From Felis catus (Eukaryota), in contig NC_058368.1 in the NCBI RefSeq assembly GCF_018350175.1, positions 144,896,001-144,960,000 on the forward strand: a DNA stretch of 64,000 nt. Reading direction: 5' to 3'. Below, piece by piece: positions 13,618-26,496 of this stretch (position 1 is the stretch's first letter; each line of letters opens with the position of its first letter). Position numbers and translations under genes: made by a program. The notes below the pieces were generated by a model, which had not been told where the DNA came from, made no database searches, and saw only the letters and a list, made by a program, of their open reading frames with translations.

Positions 13618-14312
13618 TGCGTAAATAATTTGTTAATTTGTTGATGGTTATACTACTGTTAAGTAGCAGAGCCAAGGCTTCAAATCAGGTCAACATACTC
13701 CAAAAGTTCTAAATATAGGCCTTACCTCCTAGGATTTAAAATAAATGAAATAATACGAAATTTCACTTAAATAGAAACAATTAAATGGAAGAATTTCTTG
13801 CTTCATAAAAAAAATAGTTTACAAAGGATTCATTACATGATTCCAGTGGTAAACCCCACAAGGAACTTAAGATTCTGGTACATATTTCCTTGAATATCAT
13901 TACATATACTGTCTACTCATAGAGACTAGATGCTCACTGATGATTTTAAAAACAGTGAATTTATCAAGGCTTTTATGATATAATTTAGTTAATAATTTTG
14001 AACTACAACATTTTTAATAGGCCTCCTCAATTATATGAAAGTTTAAAAGGATTTTAAAAATACTTGAGTCTATTCTCATTTTACTGCTAAGAAAATCAAG
14101 ACCCATAAAGGTTAAATGACTCGCTCGAAGCCATGCGTTTCTGGGCATTGGTGGCATTTGGACCTAAGATGATTGACACAACTGAGGTCCTTTCAACAAC
14201 ACCACAGTCATTTTTTTTTCCTGGAAAAAGGCACTATCAGTAGAAAAGATATCAAAATACAGAAATGTTACATTCAGTATAGAAAGATATTCGTCTTCAA
14301 AGCACAATTCAT

Positions 14313-14509
14313 GGGGCACCTGGGTGCCTCAGTTGGTTAAGCATCTGACTTCGGCTCAGGTCATGATCTCATGGTTTGTGGTTTTGAGCCCCATCTCAGG
14401 CTCCACCCTGGCAGTGCAGAGCCTGCTAAGGATTCTGTCTCTCTCTCCCTGGCCCTCCTCACTGCTCACTCTGTCTCTCAAAATAAATAAATAAATGAAA
14501 AAAAAAAAA
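14313..14509 (+). mobile_element. CAN-SINE
   Basis: ggggcacctgggtg head to A tail. Confidence 0.9.
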
Positions 14510-14648
14510 GAGTGCATGCAAGCAGGGGAGAGGGGCAGAGAGAGAGAGAGACAGAGAGAATCTCAAGGGACATAGAGAATCTCCAAGCTCAGTGTGGGGC
14601 TTGATCCCACAACTTGAGCCAAAATCAGTCGGAGATATGTAGGTGCCC
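14510..14648 (-). mobile_element. Degenerate CAN-SINE abutting the previous copy tail-to-tail
   Basis: ggggcagagagagag...gagccaaaatc...aggtgccc. Confidence 0.75.
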
Positions 14649-14679
14649 TCTTTTTTCTATGTATTAACCACTGCAAATA

Positions 14680-14768
14680 CACTATCCAATATACAGCACT
14701 TTGCCACATGCAGCCAGTTAAATTAAAATTAATAAAGTTTTAAAAAGTTCCATTGGGCAGCACTGCAT
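14680..14768. mobile_element. MER33/MER3-like hAT fragment
   Basis: ctatccaata...gccacatg...aaagttccattgggcagcactg. Confidence 0.45.
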
Positions 14769-14885
14769 TAGGATGCCAACTCCACAATAAGAGGGATTCT
14801 CATTAGTTTGTTGATGTTTGCCCACAAGTAGAATGGTGTCTGGCACATACTAAACCTCAACGAATATCTGTTGAATGACTGAATC

Positions 14886-15313
14886 TTTTTTAATGTTTAT
14901 TTCTTTTGAGAGAGAGAGAGAACAGGGGAGGGGCAGAGAGACAGGGAGAGAGAGAGAAACCCCAGCAGGCTGCAAGCTGTCAGTGCAGAGCCTGACACCA
15001 GGCTCGATCTCACCAATCCTGAGATTGTGACCTGAGCCAAAATCAAGAGTCAGGCGCTTAGGGGCGCCTGGGCAGCTCAGTCAGTTGGGTGTCCAACTTT
15101 GGCTCATGTCATGATCTCATGGTTTGTGAGTTCGAGCCCCATGTCAGGCTCTGTGCTGACAGCTCAGAGCCTGGAGCCTGCTTCAGATTCTGTGTCTCCC
15201 TCTCTCTGCCCCTCCCCTGCTCATGCTCTCTCTCTCTCTTACCAAACAAATAAACATTAAAAAAAAAAAAAAAAGAGTTGGGTGCTTAAATGACTGAGCC
15301 ACCCAGGTGTCCC
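14886..15313 (-). mobile_element. CAN-SINE interrupted by a nested opposite-strand SINE
   Basis: Minus-strand body to 15060 resumes after 15288 (tgactgagccacccaggtgtccc). Confidence 0.88.
15061..15272 (+). mobile_element. CAN-SINE nested inside another SINE
   Basis: TSD aagagtcaggcgctta (15045-15060) / aagagttgggtgctta (15273-15288). Confidence 0.92.
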
Positions 15314-16430
15314 TGAATATTTCTGAGAGATGTCATATAGTCCAAAGAAGTCTCCAATCAAATACATGGCAATGCACCTTTTGTATTAGTTTATGTCTAA
15401 AAAGGGAGTATCTGTGATAAAAATGTTATAAGATAATAAGATGTTTTGGCAAAAGAAGTAATTATTATACCAAAAAGCTCTATATACCTGTAACTTAAAT
15501 TGAGTAAGACTGCACAGCATTTGCTATGTAAAGTTTTCTTGGTTTGGGAAGGAGAATGAAGTTTATTTTGTTCCAGACATTTTGAATTTGTTAATTTCCT
15601 GTGTCTTACAAAGGTAGGAATTGGAAAGGGTATATATCTCAGGATACACTCATAATTCAAAGTTATAAGGAAAATAGGTTTTTAAATGTGTTTCAATGGA
15701 TTTCAAATAATAATTTAAATACATTAATAGTGTAATTATCATAACAACAAAGAAATAAGATCTCAATGACAGAAAGGAATATTTTGAACTGGCCAAAAAA
15801 ACTATACTTTATTAAGTATTTATATTAGACAGGTGCAACATTTAATTTTTATAGCTAAAGATTTACTATGGTCATCCTTACAATTGCAGCTAGAAGACTA
15901 CTATTATTTACTCAAGGTAGAACACACTTTGCCTTATGCAGCTGAGGTCTTTCTTATGTTCTTACACTGATATCATTAAACAAAAGTAGGATTTTGTATA
16001 TGGAAAATTTTACCAAGACAAAACTATTGGGAAAGGCCATGCTAAATGGCATTTATCCTGAAAATAGAACACAAAGTGCATTTTAAAATATAGATACCTT
16101 GTTATACAGGAAATGTAAAATTTATTTTCAGTATCTGAGAAAACATCCCAACAATTTTTTTCTGTTCAAATGCCTGTTGATAGTTTCTCTATGAAAAGTG
16201 ATGAAGAAAAGTCTTTTTTTTTAAGATTTGCCTATCCTTAGCATATATTATGTTTTTCTTTTCATCATGTAAGAACTATATATTCAATATTAATGGAGAA
16301 TAATCTTATATATTGAATAACTAAAAGAATAAAACATCTATACTTTTATCTATGTACAAAATTAACTAGTAATATCTTCTAATCACAAATGAAATACTTT
16401 TTCAATGCAAACTTTAAAAATGAAGAAATA

Positions 16431-16645
16431 GGGGCACCTGGGTGGCTCAGTCAGTTAAGCATTTGACTTCAGCTCAGGTCATGATCTTGCAGTCTGTGAG
16501 TTCAACTCCCATGTTGGGCTCTGTGTGGACAGTTCAGAGCCTGGAGCCTGCTTTAGTTTCTGTCTGTCTCCCTTTGCCCCTTCCCTGCTCACTCTCTGTC
16601 TCTCTCAAAAATAAATAAATGTTAAAAAAATTTTTTTAAATAAAA
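16431..16645 (+). mobile_element. CAN-SINE (felid)
   Basis: Full structure. Confidence 0.9.
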
Positions 16646-16725
16646 ATATGCAGAAATAAACAAAGAAAGCACTCATAATTCTACTATCCAGAAATAAAGG
16701 ACATATCTTGATAATCTTTGACAAA

Positions 16726-16771
16726 TGTGTGTGTGTGTGAGTGTGTGTGTGTGTGTGTATGTGTCTGTGTA
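16726..16771. repeat. (TG)n microsatellite, interrupted
   Basis: Direct reading. Confidence 0.9.
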
Positions 16772-17470
16772 TGATGAGTGGTGGAAACTGAGTTTGTATA
16801 GTGATAAAGAAAAGGTGATATACTACATGACCTTTATGCCTTCTTTACAGTTGGTAATAGATCATTAACATTTTATCATATCAATAAGTGTAATTCTATA
16901 ATATGCTTTTTAATAGCTGCATATTATTTCATCATTTGGATATACCATAATTTAACTATTCATCTGCTAATGGAGAAATACCTTTGAGACTTTCAATAGA
17001 ATAGTCAGACGCACTGTGTTTTTAGAATACCAAATCAGCTTTGGAATATAAAATGGTCAACAGCATTAACTATGTCACATACTTGTTTACAGAGTTTCAG
17101 GAATGGTCAAAAATAGAGTATAAACTCAAAATTCTATAGGATCAATAAATCAATAGTTTATGCTTGGTATCACTCATTAACAGTCTCTGTATTCTGGCTG
17201 CCTTGGTTCCCCAGCACAGTGTTCAATAAACATTATGAATTTTTCTGGTTAAACGTTTTACCTAAGAGAAGGATAAAGACTTGTTCTATTCCCTGTTACA
17301 GATGCTTCAACACCAATGATCTCTTCTGATGGTTGAACCAATTCCAATGTAAAACTGTAGAGTCAAATATACTTTTTGGACTTAATTTCTATGTTTCATA
17401 TGTTTTAATATGTATTTATTCTTTACAACATTGCATATGCTTATCATTTTACTTTTCTACCATCATTTTA

Positions 17471-17692
17471 TTATTATTATTTAAAAATTTTTTCTTAAAG
17501 TTTATTTGTTTGAGAGAGCCAGAGAGTGAGCAGGGGAGAGGCAGCTAGAGAGGAAAAGAGACAGAATACCAAGCAGGGTCCACACTGCCAGTGCAGAGTG
17601 TAATGAGGGACTCGAACTCATGAACCGCAAGATCATGACATGAGCCAAAACCAAGAGTTAGACACTTAACCAACTGAGCCACCAGGTGCCCC
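17471..17692 (-). mobile_element. CAN-SINE
   Basis: TSD acttttctWccatcatttta on both sides. Confidence 0.9.
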
Positions 17693-17877
17693 ACTTTTCT
17701 TCCATCATTTTAGAGACCATTACCCCTTCTTGTATTTTTTTTCCTTTGGCAGAGTGATATTATAACAAGTTCCAAATACCCTGTACTATAAATATATATA
17801 CAGTATAAACCGTTGTGAAGTTACTTGAGAACCATTAAAACCATCTCAGGAGAATTCAAGTGAAAATCTACAGTCTA

Positions 17878-17986
17878 GAGGCACCTGGCTGGCTCATTTG
17901 GTGGGGTGTGTGACTCTTGATCTTGGGCTTGTGGGTTTGAGGCCCGTGTTAGGTGTAGAGATTGCTTAAAAATAAAATCTTAAAAA
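17878..17986 (+). mobile_element. Short tRNA-derived carnivore SINE (no CT tract)
   Basis: ggcacctggctggctca...gtagagattgcttaaaaataaaatc; TSD aaaatctacagtcta. Confidence 0.85.
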
Positions 17987-19982
17987 AAATCTACAGTCTA
18001 ATCATTAGTAGTTATAAATTCTGAAGAATCTGTTTATTAAAGGAATATCTTTTACATATTCAAAATGACTAGCCAACACCATTGAAGAGTATTTCACTTT
18101 TTATTTTCTTAGCTATAATCTATCAATAAAACAAATTTTAATTAGTTTATGATCATTTTAAATGAAGATGAAATAAAAAACATATTTGTGTTGTTTTTAT
18201 ATGCAACATTCCAATTAATCACCAAATATAGTTTTTCTGATTCTACGTTAGTGACTATGTAAAGAAATTGAAGAAACATTCTGTTGCTTGGAAAGGTCAT
18301 GCTCCTAACTAGGTTCAACATTTTGTAAAACATTATGTTTACACTATTAACACAATTAATTTGATCAGAAAATTCTTTTTAAAATAGTATAAATGTAAAA
18401 TTATAAATTTGAAAGATAGATGTTTGAATTAATAAAGTTTAACTATATAAATGTGGGGCGGGGGATGAGTAGACAAAAAAGAGCCACTCAGATATGAGTA
18501 CAATTATTTTAAAAAACACTTAGGTAAAGACTTTAAGATTCTTGAGGAAAAAGAGCCTGTATGATAATTCTTTATTATCTTTAAATTTTTAGAACATTTT
18601 TATAAATCCAAAAGCAACCTATACTTGTTCTTAAAAACAAATTCAGTCTAGGTTTACAATTCCATAACTTAGTCCTCTTTCACAAAGTATGTTTTTCATT
18701 ATATAAGTCTCTGTACATATGGAACCTAGCATTGTATGTTAGACATGGCAGGCATTTCAACAATGTCAAATGGATGCGAAAGCAATAATCCCTTAAGAAT
18801 TTCTTCATTGATACAGAATTATGAAGTCAAAATTTCTGATAACATACTTGGTACAAGAAATTCACATTTCCCTAATTCACATTTTCAGGAACCTCTTAGA
18901 TCTATATAACATACAAAGCTATGGATGGGATGTCTGAAACATTATGAAGACCCCAATGAAAGATACAACTTTCCATCCTTTAGAAGGAAATTTAAAAGAT
19001 TCGGGCACCTATATAAGGGGATTTGACTGTCAATATACATAGGTTCACCCACAGAGAAAATAAAATCTCCATATGTTAGAACACTTGGCATCTGTGCACT
19101 TCCTTTTCCTATTTCATGCCGTGTTTCCCTGGCCCTATGTACTGAATGCAGATTCAGTCTGAAGGAAAAAACTCCTCCAGCTGCTAATGTGAGGCCTCCC
19201 AGCACTATAACCATGAGATCATCCAGCACCACTGCCTGCTTCAAGTTCTCCCTTGGGGGTGGATGTGGGTGCTGGCACTCCTTGCTGTGCACTAAAAGCA
19301 GAAAAAAAACAGCAAACTGGGACACTTCAAGGACACAGCATAATTTCAGTAAGAGTTAGTAGAGGAGAAGCAGAACTCTGTTGCTATGAAATATGTTAGT
19401 AAGCACAACTTTGTTGTATTTTTGGTCAGAAAGGAAGTGGAGACAGAGAGTAAGAATGAAAAAGAATTTTGTGGAATAACAGGGTTTACTTTAGATTGCG
19501 GAAAATGCTGAGGTATACAATAACAGAATTAAAGAAAGTAACAAAACAATTATCTTGACATAACTATTTCATAAAATTAGGCATTTAATTTCTTCTTGTG
19601 TTATGTAAATGCACACGTTGTGTATCCTGAAACTAAACTATAAACTCCTTTCAACTAAAAACTGTGCATTATTCTCTTTAGCAAATAAGTATTTATGGTA
19701 TTGATAAAAGAACTATGTAAGGATAAAAGCTTATGAAATCGCAGAGCTCTAGTAGGTAAAAAAAGTTGGAAGATCTATTGCTAACAATTTATTTATTAAT
19801 AGATCTAACCCTTCCACAAGCAGGTATTTATATACCTGAGATATCACTATATTTGGGCAAAACTGATGTATTGCAACCATGATGTTGAGAGCATATTATA
19901 CAAAAATAAACCAAAGTATGTTCATTCTATAGAAAATTTTATTACCATCTTTAAATAAAAGTATTTAGCATTTACCAAAATT

Positions 19983-20026
19983 ACACACATACACACACAC
20001 ACACACACGCACACACATACATATAC
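19983..20026. repeat. (CA)n microsatellite, interrupted
   Basis: Direct reading. Confidence 0.9.
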
Positions 20027-20054
20027 AATTAAGTTCAGGGTATAGAGTAGACTC

Positions 20055-20241
20055 CAAGGTTCAACAAACTTTTCTTCTGTAAAGATCCAGATAGTAACTA
20101 TCTGACCACTCAAAAATCTGTTACTGCAGTGTAAAGGAAGTCACAGACAATACATGAATGAAAGAGCATGGCTATTTTTCAATAAAACTTTATTTACGAA
20201 AACAGTCAGTCAACATATGGACAGTAGTTTGCCAATTTTTG
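20055..20241 (-). mobile_element. MER58A-like hAT-Charlie element
   Basis: caacaaacttttcttctgtaaag...caataaaactttatttacgaaaaca...gtagtttgcca resembles the reverse complement of MER58A. Confidence 0.75.
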
Positions 20242-20415
20242 AAATAGATTATATGTTACTAGAAGTAGCATTAAATGGGATAGAGAAAGAAGAATTTAAT
20301 GTTTTTATAGGTAAGAAATATTCATGAAATTTTTAAGATCTTTATTGAATCTTAAAAACAATAACAATAACAACAACAACAAAACTCAGAAACTTAAGTA
20401 GCACACGAATCTTAC

Positions 20416-20475
20416 CTGGTTAGGTATCCTCAATGGGGGCCTTGGACCTCCAGGGTACCGAGGTGACATAAAAGG
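20416..20475 (-). CDS. SSBP2: SSBP2 coding exon (about exon 6), PFMSPRYPGGPRPPLRIPNQ, phase 0/0
   Basis: Read manually (not in ORF track): TTCAATAG|CCT TTT ATG...AAC CAG|GTAAGA; 60 nt; continues the SSBP2 peptide. Confidence 0.97.
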
Positions 20476-20724
20476 CTATTGAAGTAAAACAAATAAATAA
20501 ATAAAACAAAACATAAATGACAGAATGTAAAATAGAGATCTGAAAATAAACTGTTTTAAAGAATTGGAGAATTATACAAAACATAAGTCAACTTATTTCC
20601 CTATGTGGCTGCTTTCAGTAGAATAAACTCTTTAAAGAAAAATTACCGTCCTATTTTTTCATTTTGTAGAATATCTAGAACATTTTCCAAAGAAAATATA
20701 AAAACACCAAAGATGAGTAAAGCT

Positions 20725-20924
20725 GGGGCTCCTGGGCGGCTTGGTCAGTTAGGTGTCCTACTCTTGATTTCGGCTCAGGTCATGACCTCATGATTTATGA
20801 GTTCGAGCCCCTATGAGGCCCTCTCTGCTTTCAGCTCAAAGTCTGATTCCAAGCCTCTGTCTCCCTCTCTCTCTGCCTCTCCTCCACTAACGCTCTCCCT
20901 TTCTCTCAGAAATAAACATTATAA
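20725..20924 (+). mobile_element. CAN-SINE
   Basis: TSD aaagatgaStaaagc. Confidence 0.9.
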
Positions 20925-21025
20925 AAAGATGACTAAAGCAAAAAAAATTTTTTAATGTGAATTTTATTAAGATAATGACATTTAATTGGCAAAAAAAGAT
21001 TAGGAGATTTAGGCAACTGAATCTT

Positions 21026-21225
21026 TTTTTTTTTGGTGGGGGGACAGAGAGAGACAGAGCATGAACGGGGGAGGGACAGAGAGAGAGGGAGACACAGAAT
21101 CGGAAACAGGCTCCAGGCTCTGAGCAATCAGCCCAGAGCCTGACGCGGGGCTCGAACTCACGGACCGCGAGATCGTGAACTGGCTGAAGTCGGATGCTTA
21201 ACCGACTGAGCCACCCAGGCGCCCC
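21026..21225 (-). mobile_element. Young felid CAN-SINE
   Basis: CpG-rich; perfect 16-bp TSD taggcaactgaatctt at 21010-21025 and 21226-21241. Confidence 0.95.
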
Positions 21226-22105
21226 TAGGCAACTGAATCTTAGCAAAGACTTCAGAAACAGACTTATTGACTATATCATTATGTAAATTGGGTTCTGAAC
21301 ATATAGTTTGGACTGAATTATCCAGTTTGGTTATCAATTTCCTTTAATAATTTTAACGTTGCCAAATTTTTTACCTTTTTTTTTTTTTGGTGGCTTTTTA
21401 AAATGGTAAAGAAATTTCTTTTCCATATGTCCTTTGTGGTTAAAAAGAGCTTTGCCTCTCCTTTCTCAAGTGTTTGTTATAATTCAAAATAGATTATAAA
21501 TTTTAAAGTTGAAATAATTTATTTGCATATTTTAAGCTTAGCAGATTATGAGCTGTGTATTTAAAAGAAAGAAAAAATGGTCTTATATTAAAACTCAAGG
21601 CAGTTTATCTTGTTAGATGAATCAGATCCTGCTAAGATATGTTGACTCCATCCAGTTCAAAAAATGTCTGAAAAATATCCTAAAAATATCATCCCAACAA
21701 TGAGTGGATGAATATTTTTGATCACTCAGATATGGGCACCAAATTTTTCAAAGTTTATGTGTATCAAATTTTTCAGTGTATTCCTAAAATTATTCAAAAT
21801 TTCATTTCTATAGAAAAATTCTATAATTTTGTCTACTTACATCACACTATATAATTTATTTAAATTCAAGGTTATTACTTCATGTAACATAAGTAAATTA
21901 TCCATTCTAAATGGTTGCATATCATGAAGTAATATATTAAGAATGAAGTAATATAAACTAAGGATCAATTTAACAAAAGCTTGGGCAAGCCAAATCTTTA
22001 GTATTTTACATAATTAAATTCCACATTTATAATGTATTTTCTATAAACATTTTAGAAACTGAACCTGCAGTTCTTGGCTACATTTTAAAAGCAGGGTTAT
22101 TTTAA

Positions 22106-22667
22106 GACCTACCCTATGACCCAGCAATAGCACTGCTAGGAATTTACCCAAGGGATACAGGAGTACTGATGCATAGGGGCACTTGTACCCCAATGTTTAT
22201 AGCAGCACTCTCAACAATAGCCAAATTATGGAAAGAGCCTAAATGTCCATCAACTGATGAATGGATAAAGAAATTGTGGTTTATATACACAATGGAGTAC
22301 TACGTGGCAATGAGAAAGAATGAAATATGGCCCTTTGTAGCAACGTGGATGGAACTGGAGAGTGTGATGCTAAGTGAAATAAGCCATACAGAGAAAGACA
22401 GATACCGTATGGTTTCACTCTTATGTGGATCCTGAGAAACTTAACAGAAACCCATGGGGGAGGGGAAGGAAAAAAAAAGAGGTTAGAATGGGAGAGAGCC
22501 AAAGCATAAGAGACTCTTAAAAACTGAGGACAAACTGAGGGTTGATGGGGGGTGGGAGGGAGGGGAGGGTGGGTGATGGGTATTGAGGAGGGCACCTTTT
22601 GGGATGAGCACTGGGTGTTGTCTGGAAACCAATTTGACAATAAACTTCACATATTGAAAAAAAAAAA
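22106..22667 (+). mobile_element. Young 5'-truncated felid LINE-1 (ORF2 C-terminus, 3'UTR, poly-A)
   Basis: ORF 22169..22435 is the L1 ORF2 end (CTPMFIAALSTIAKLWKEPKCPS...LLCGS*); G-rich 3'UTR; TSD taaaagcagggttattttaa at 22086-22105 and 22668-22687. Confidence 0.96.
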
Positions 22668-25600
22668 TAAAAGCAGGGTTATTTTAAAAAGCACCATCTG
22701 AAAAATAAAATCCTAACAAGTTAATGCTGTATAGACTACTTCTATAATATCTCTTGGAAGATTTTATTTTAGATAATTTTGACAAGAAATTGTAATTGTT
22801 AGAAATAATAATTTCCAACAAGAGGAACTTTAGAATTAAACAAGCAATTCAGTTTTTTTATTACTGTGTTCTTATATGTTAATCATACAATTATCATATA
22901 TTCTTACATCCTAATCTTCTATGTTAATCAGGATACTATTTTAAATGGACAGAAATACTGGTTTATTCAGGTATTATTGTCATCTCTGGTGACAAAGTGG
23001 GTATTCCAATTTTAACATTTCAATAATGTTAGTTTTCACATATTTGATCAAAGCTGTTTCTCTTTAATCCTTTCTAAACTCTACTCTAAATTGAATTAGT
23101 TAACTATACTGCCAACTAGAAGCTTATCCCAATACTCACACACCGTCTGCTATATTTCTAATCACCCAGTTTCATTTATGGAACTGCCTTTTAAATTCTG
23201 GACTAATTTTAAAAACTAGGAAATTAAGTATTGTGTCATTGGTTTTGGAATGTTTGCCTTTCTTTCACAAAGTGATGTTTTATGACATACTCATGAATCC
23301 AAAGTTTATCAATTTACTTTTTGAGACATGGAGAAATAAAAATAGGTTACTGATGATTCCTGTCTATTAAATTCACTTTGAAATGGAATATGAGGTAGAA
23401 ATTATGTTAAAAATATTACTAACTATCAAATACTGAGGAAAAAATTGAGATGTACCTTACTTGAAATAGAGCATTTGAGATTTACATATTGGTCCGAATG
23501 TAAAATGATGTTATAGTGTTAATTTAATGGACTATCTGAAAAGAGGAATTTCTCTCATCAATGGTACTATGAAAAAGTGTCTTTTAATGGGACTGTCATA
23601 CACTCCTATCTGACTGTGAGGACCCATCAAGAGACTACTGAGGACAAGGAGTGCATGTGGTACCTAGGAACCTACAAAACTCTACAGAATGAGAGTGGGA
23701 GAGAAAAAGATTCTCTCTTTAGTTTATTTAGTTCTTATGCATGCCCTCCTCCTCCAAGTTCAAATTTACAGGTGTTTTTGGAAAAAGAAAAGAAAACCAT
23801 TTATAAATTCTAATCAATAACAATCCACTTAAAGCAAAAATGACAAAAAAGCTAGATGACATAAAAATCTACTACTTTTACTTAAAATACAAAGACTGCT
23901 ATGGGTAGAGTACTTTTGATATCAAATTAGTGCTGTTATAAGCTCTTAATATTCAGATTGATCCTTACCTTAAGTTATCTAGTTAAACACACAGGTCCTC
24001 ACTTGCCTGCTTGTTGAGACAGAGACACAGCAACTGAACCCCAAAGAGTTTGCATATTAGCAACTGAGAATATTGTAATAATATTTGTACTCCACTATTC
24101 AGAAGCCAATTTCCTTGCAAATACAATTCAAGATATGAAAACAAGTTTAAATTATTGATATAAGAGATTGCCTACTGATACTATAGAGTGTATCTACTGA
24201 CAGACATGTTAGTACTCTCTGCATTAATAGCCTGCGAAGAAGAGGTTTTTGAAAAGAATTTTTGGCTATGAAATACTCTTTTACTTGGGGGAGAAAGTTT
24301 TTTTTTTTTTCAATCGTTTGGGCATTAAGATATTTGCTTGAAGATGTCATGATGGTGAATCAATATTTTAAATGGAAAAAGTCTTCACCTTCAAAAGTCT
24401 ATTTATAAGGTGTGTGAAAAAAAACATTTGGGAGTCAGGGGACTGGGTTCTAGTTTTGTAGTAACACTAATTAGCAGAGGGGCCCTGAGCTAAAAAATCT
24501 TCGGCCTTTAATTTTCTCCATCTTAAATGAGAGAGTTGGACTAGACAATCTCTAAAGTCCCACAGAAAATTAAAAAGAAAAACAAAACTCCATTATTCTG
24601 TTATTTCCAGCATTACCCTTAAGTATACAGATTTCTACATTGCAAATAGCTACAAATATTTGAAATGTGTAGGGGTGGAAGACTCACAAACCGTCTTCAT
24701 CAAGGAGCTGGAGAAACTTTTTCCTATGCTTTCCAGAGAAAAGGAAAACATAAAGAAAAAAAAATACTCCAACAGACAAGGATGCATTTGGTTCCGATCA
24801 AAGGCCCATTGGAAGAATAAAAAAAAATTCAACTTATCAATTAAAAAGTATACTAGTGATTCTTTTATTCAACAAATATATATTAAACACCTACAAAGGC
24901 AGTAATGGAGTAAGTCATTGGACATATGAGTGAGCAAAGCAGATGAAGATCACTGCTCTCGGATTAGAATTTTTAAGGTTCTACTATTATAATTAGTGGG
25001 AAAAACAATTTTCTGGAAAAACTGTTTTCTCTATTAGTCCACTAATTTAAAGAAATAGAATGTTCTCTTCACCAAATGGCAAGTACCAGTGAAAACCCAC
25101 AAAAAATAGTATTTCAATCTGGTGCCTTCACTCAGAAGTCATATTACATCATCCTTACTTGATAGAACATGCAGTGCTATGAGTGAATGAAAGTCAAGGC
25201 TATGCTTTTAAAAAGTTTTCCAAATTAGGCAAAACTCATGCAGTCAGATTCTTTATAACACAAGATAAAATGAGTACCACTGTTAGTATTCTGACACATG
25301 GAAACTACATTTCCATAAAGGCATAAACTCTCCTTTCTACATGTTTCAGCCATCTTCCCAGAAAGAATGCAATAACTCAAAGTAAAAGGAATAAAAGCAT
25401 GCATGCACAAATCCAAAAAATCAATAAAATTTGGTGACTAAGAGAATAGGAAAAAAACAAAACAAAACAAAAACAACCCTCCAATAGAAATACCAACCAA
25501 GTGTCCAGTTCATTTCCCCTAAGTAAAGATCATACCATTGAGAATCAGAATTTATTTCAGAATGAATGTCACTCAATCTTAAAGGATTACTATTATCCAT

Positions 25601-25936
25601 TATATCAAGAATTATTCATGGAATTTTAAACTTCTGCTTCCCTAAAAGAGAGATTTTCCTTTATTCTTTGCCCTTTCTGGTAGTGGAGGGTAGTCTGCCT
25701 CTTATTTGATCTTTCATAAACCCTAGTGCTCTATCACAATTCCCCAAGAATTAGAAGAAACCAGCTCTTTCTCTTTCCTCGTACTACCTGGAAGTTAGAT
25801 TGCTCAGTCTGATTCTTTGCTTCTCTGAAGGTGCCAAGTGTCCCCAATGGAATTGTTTTATTTACCTGTCCTGAAATTACAGGTGCTAAGATAAGAACCA
25901 CTTAAGCCCTAAGTTCTTTTAGTATATATACGGTAA

Positions 25937-26150
25937 GGGGTGTCTGGGTGGCTCAGTTGGTTAAGCGTCCAACTCGTGATTTGGGCTCAGGTCATGACCT
26001 CACAGTTTGTGAAACTGAACCTAGCAATAAGCTCTGTGCTGACAGAATGGAGTCTGCCTAGGTTTCTCTCTCCCCTATCTCTCTGCCCCTCCTCGCTTGT
26101 GCACATGTGCTCTCTTTCTCTCTCTCTCTCTCAACACAAACACTTAAAAA
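25937..26150 (+). mobile_element. CAN-SINE
   Basis: Head, CT tract, A-rich tail. Confidence 0.88.
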
Positions 26151-26154
26151 TATT

Positions 26155-26295
26155 TGTTTATTTTTTGAGTATAGTTTTAAGCGTATTTGAGCATAGTTGA
26201 CATACAATGTTACATTAGTTTCAGGTGTACAACACAGTGATTCAACACGTTTATACATCATATTGTGCTCACAAGTGCAACTACCATCTGCCACT
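26155..26295 (-). mobile_element. Carnivore L1 3' end fragment
   Basis: gttgacatacaatgttacattagtttcaggtgtacaac is the reverse complement of an L1 3' terminus. Confidence 0.75.
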
Positions 26296-26305
26296 ATCTT
26301 ATTTT

Positions 26306-26496
26306 CTTTAAAATTTTTTTTTAATGTTTATTTTTGAGAGAGACAGAGTGTGAGTGGGGGAGGGGCAGAGAAAGAGAGAGAGACAGAATCTGAGCTGTCA
26401 GCACAGAGCCCGACGTGGTGCTCGAACTCACCAACTGTGAGATCATGACCTGAGCCGAAGTTGGACGTTTAACCGACTGAGCCACCCAGGCACCCC
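26306..26496 (-). mobile_element. CAN-SINE (felid)
   Basis: Ends gagccacccaggcacccc. Confidence 0.9.

Noticed and set aside
17878..17986. tRNA-like sequences (also 48455, 57490, 58516)
   Set aside because: Degenerate tRNA-derived short SINEs, with A tails or TSDs where intact; not functional tRNA genes.
18942..19325. Longest ORF (127 aa, minus strand)
   Set aside because: Non-ATG start, no recognisable domain, and not in the SSBP2 frame if spliced from the upstream exon.
22281..22640. 119-aa and 121-aa (43580..43945) similar minus-strand ORFs
   Set aside because: Antisense readings of the two L1 3' ends.
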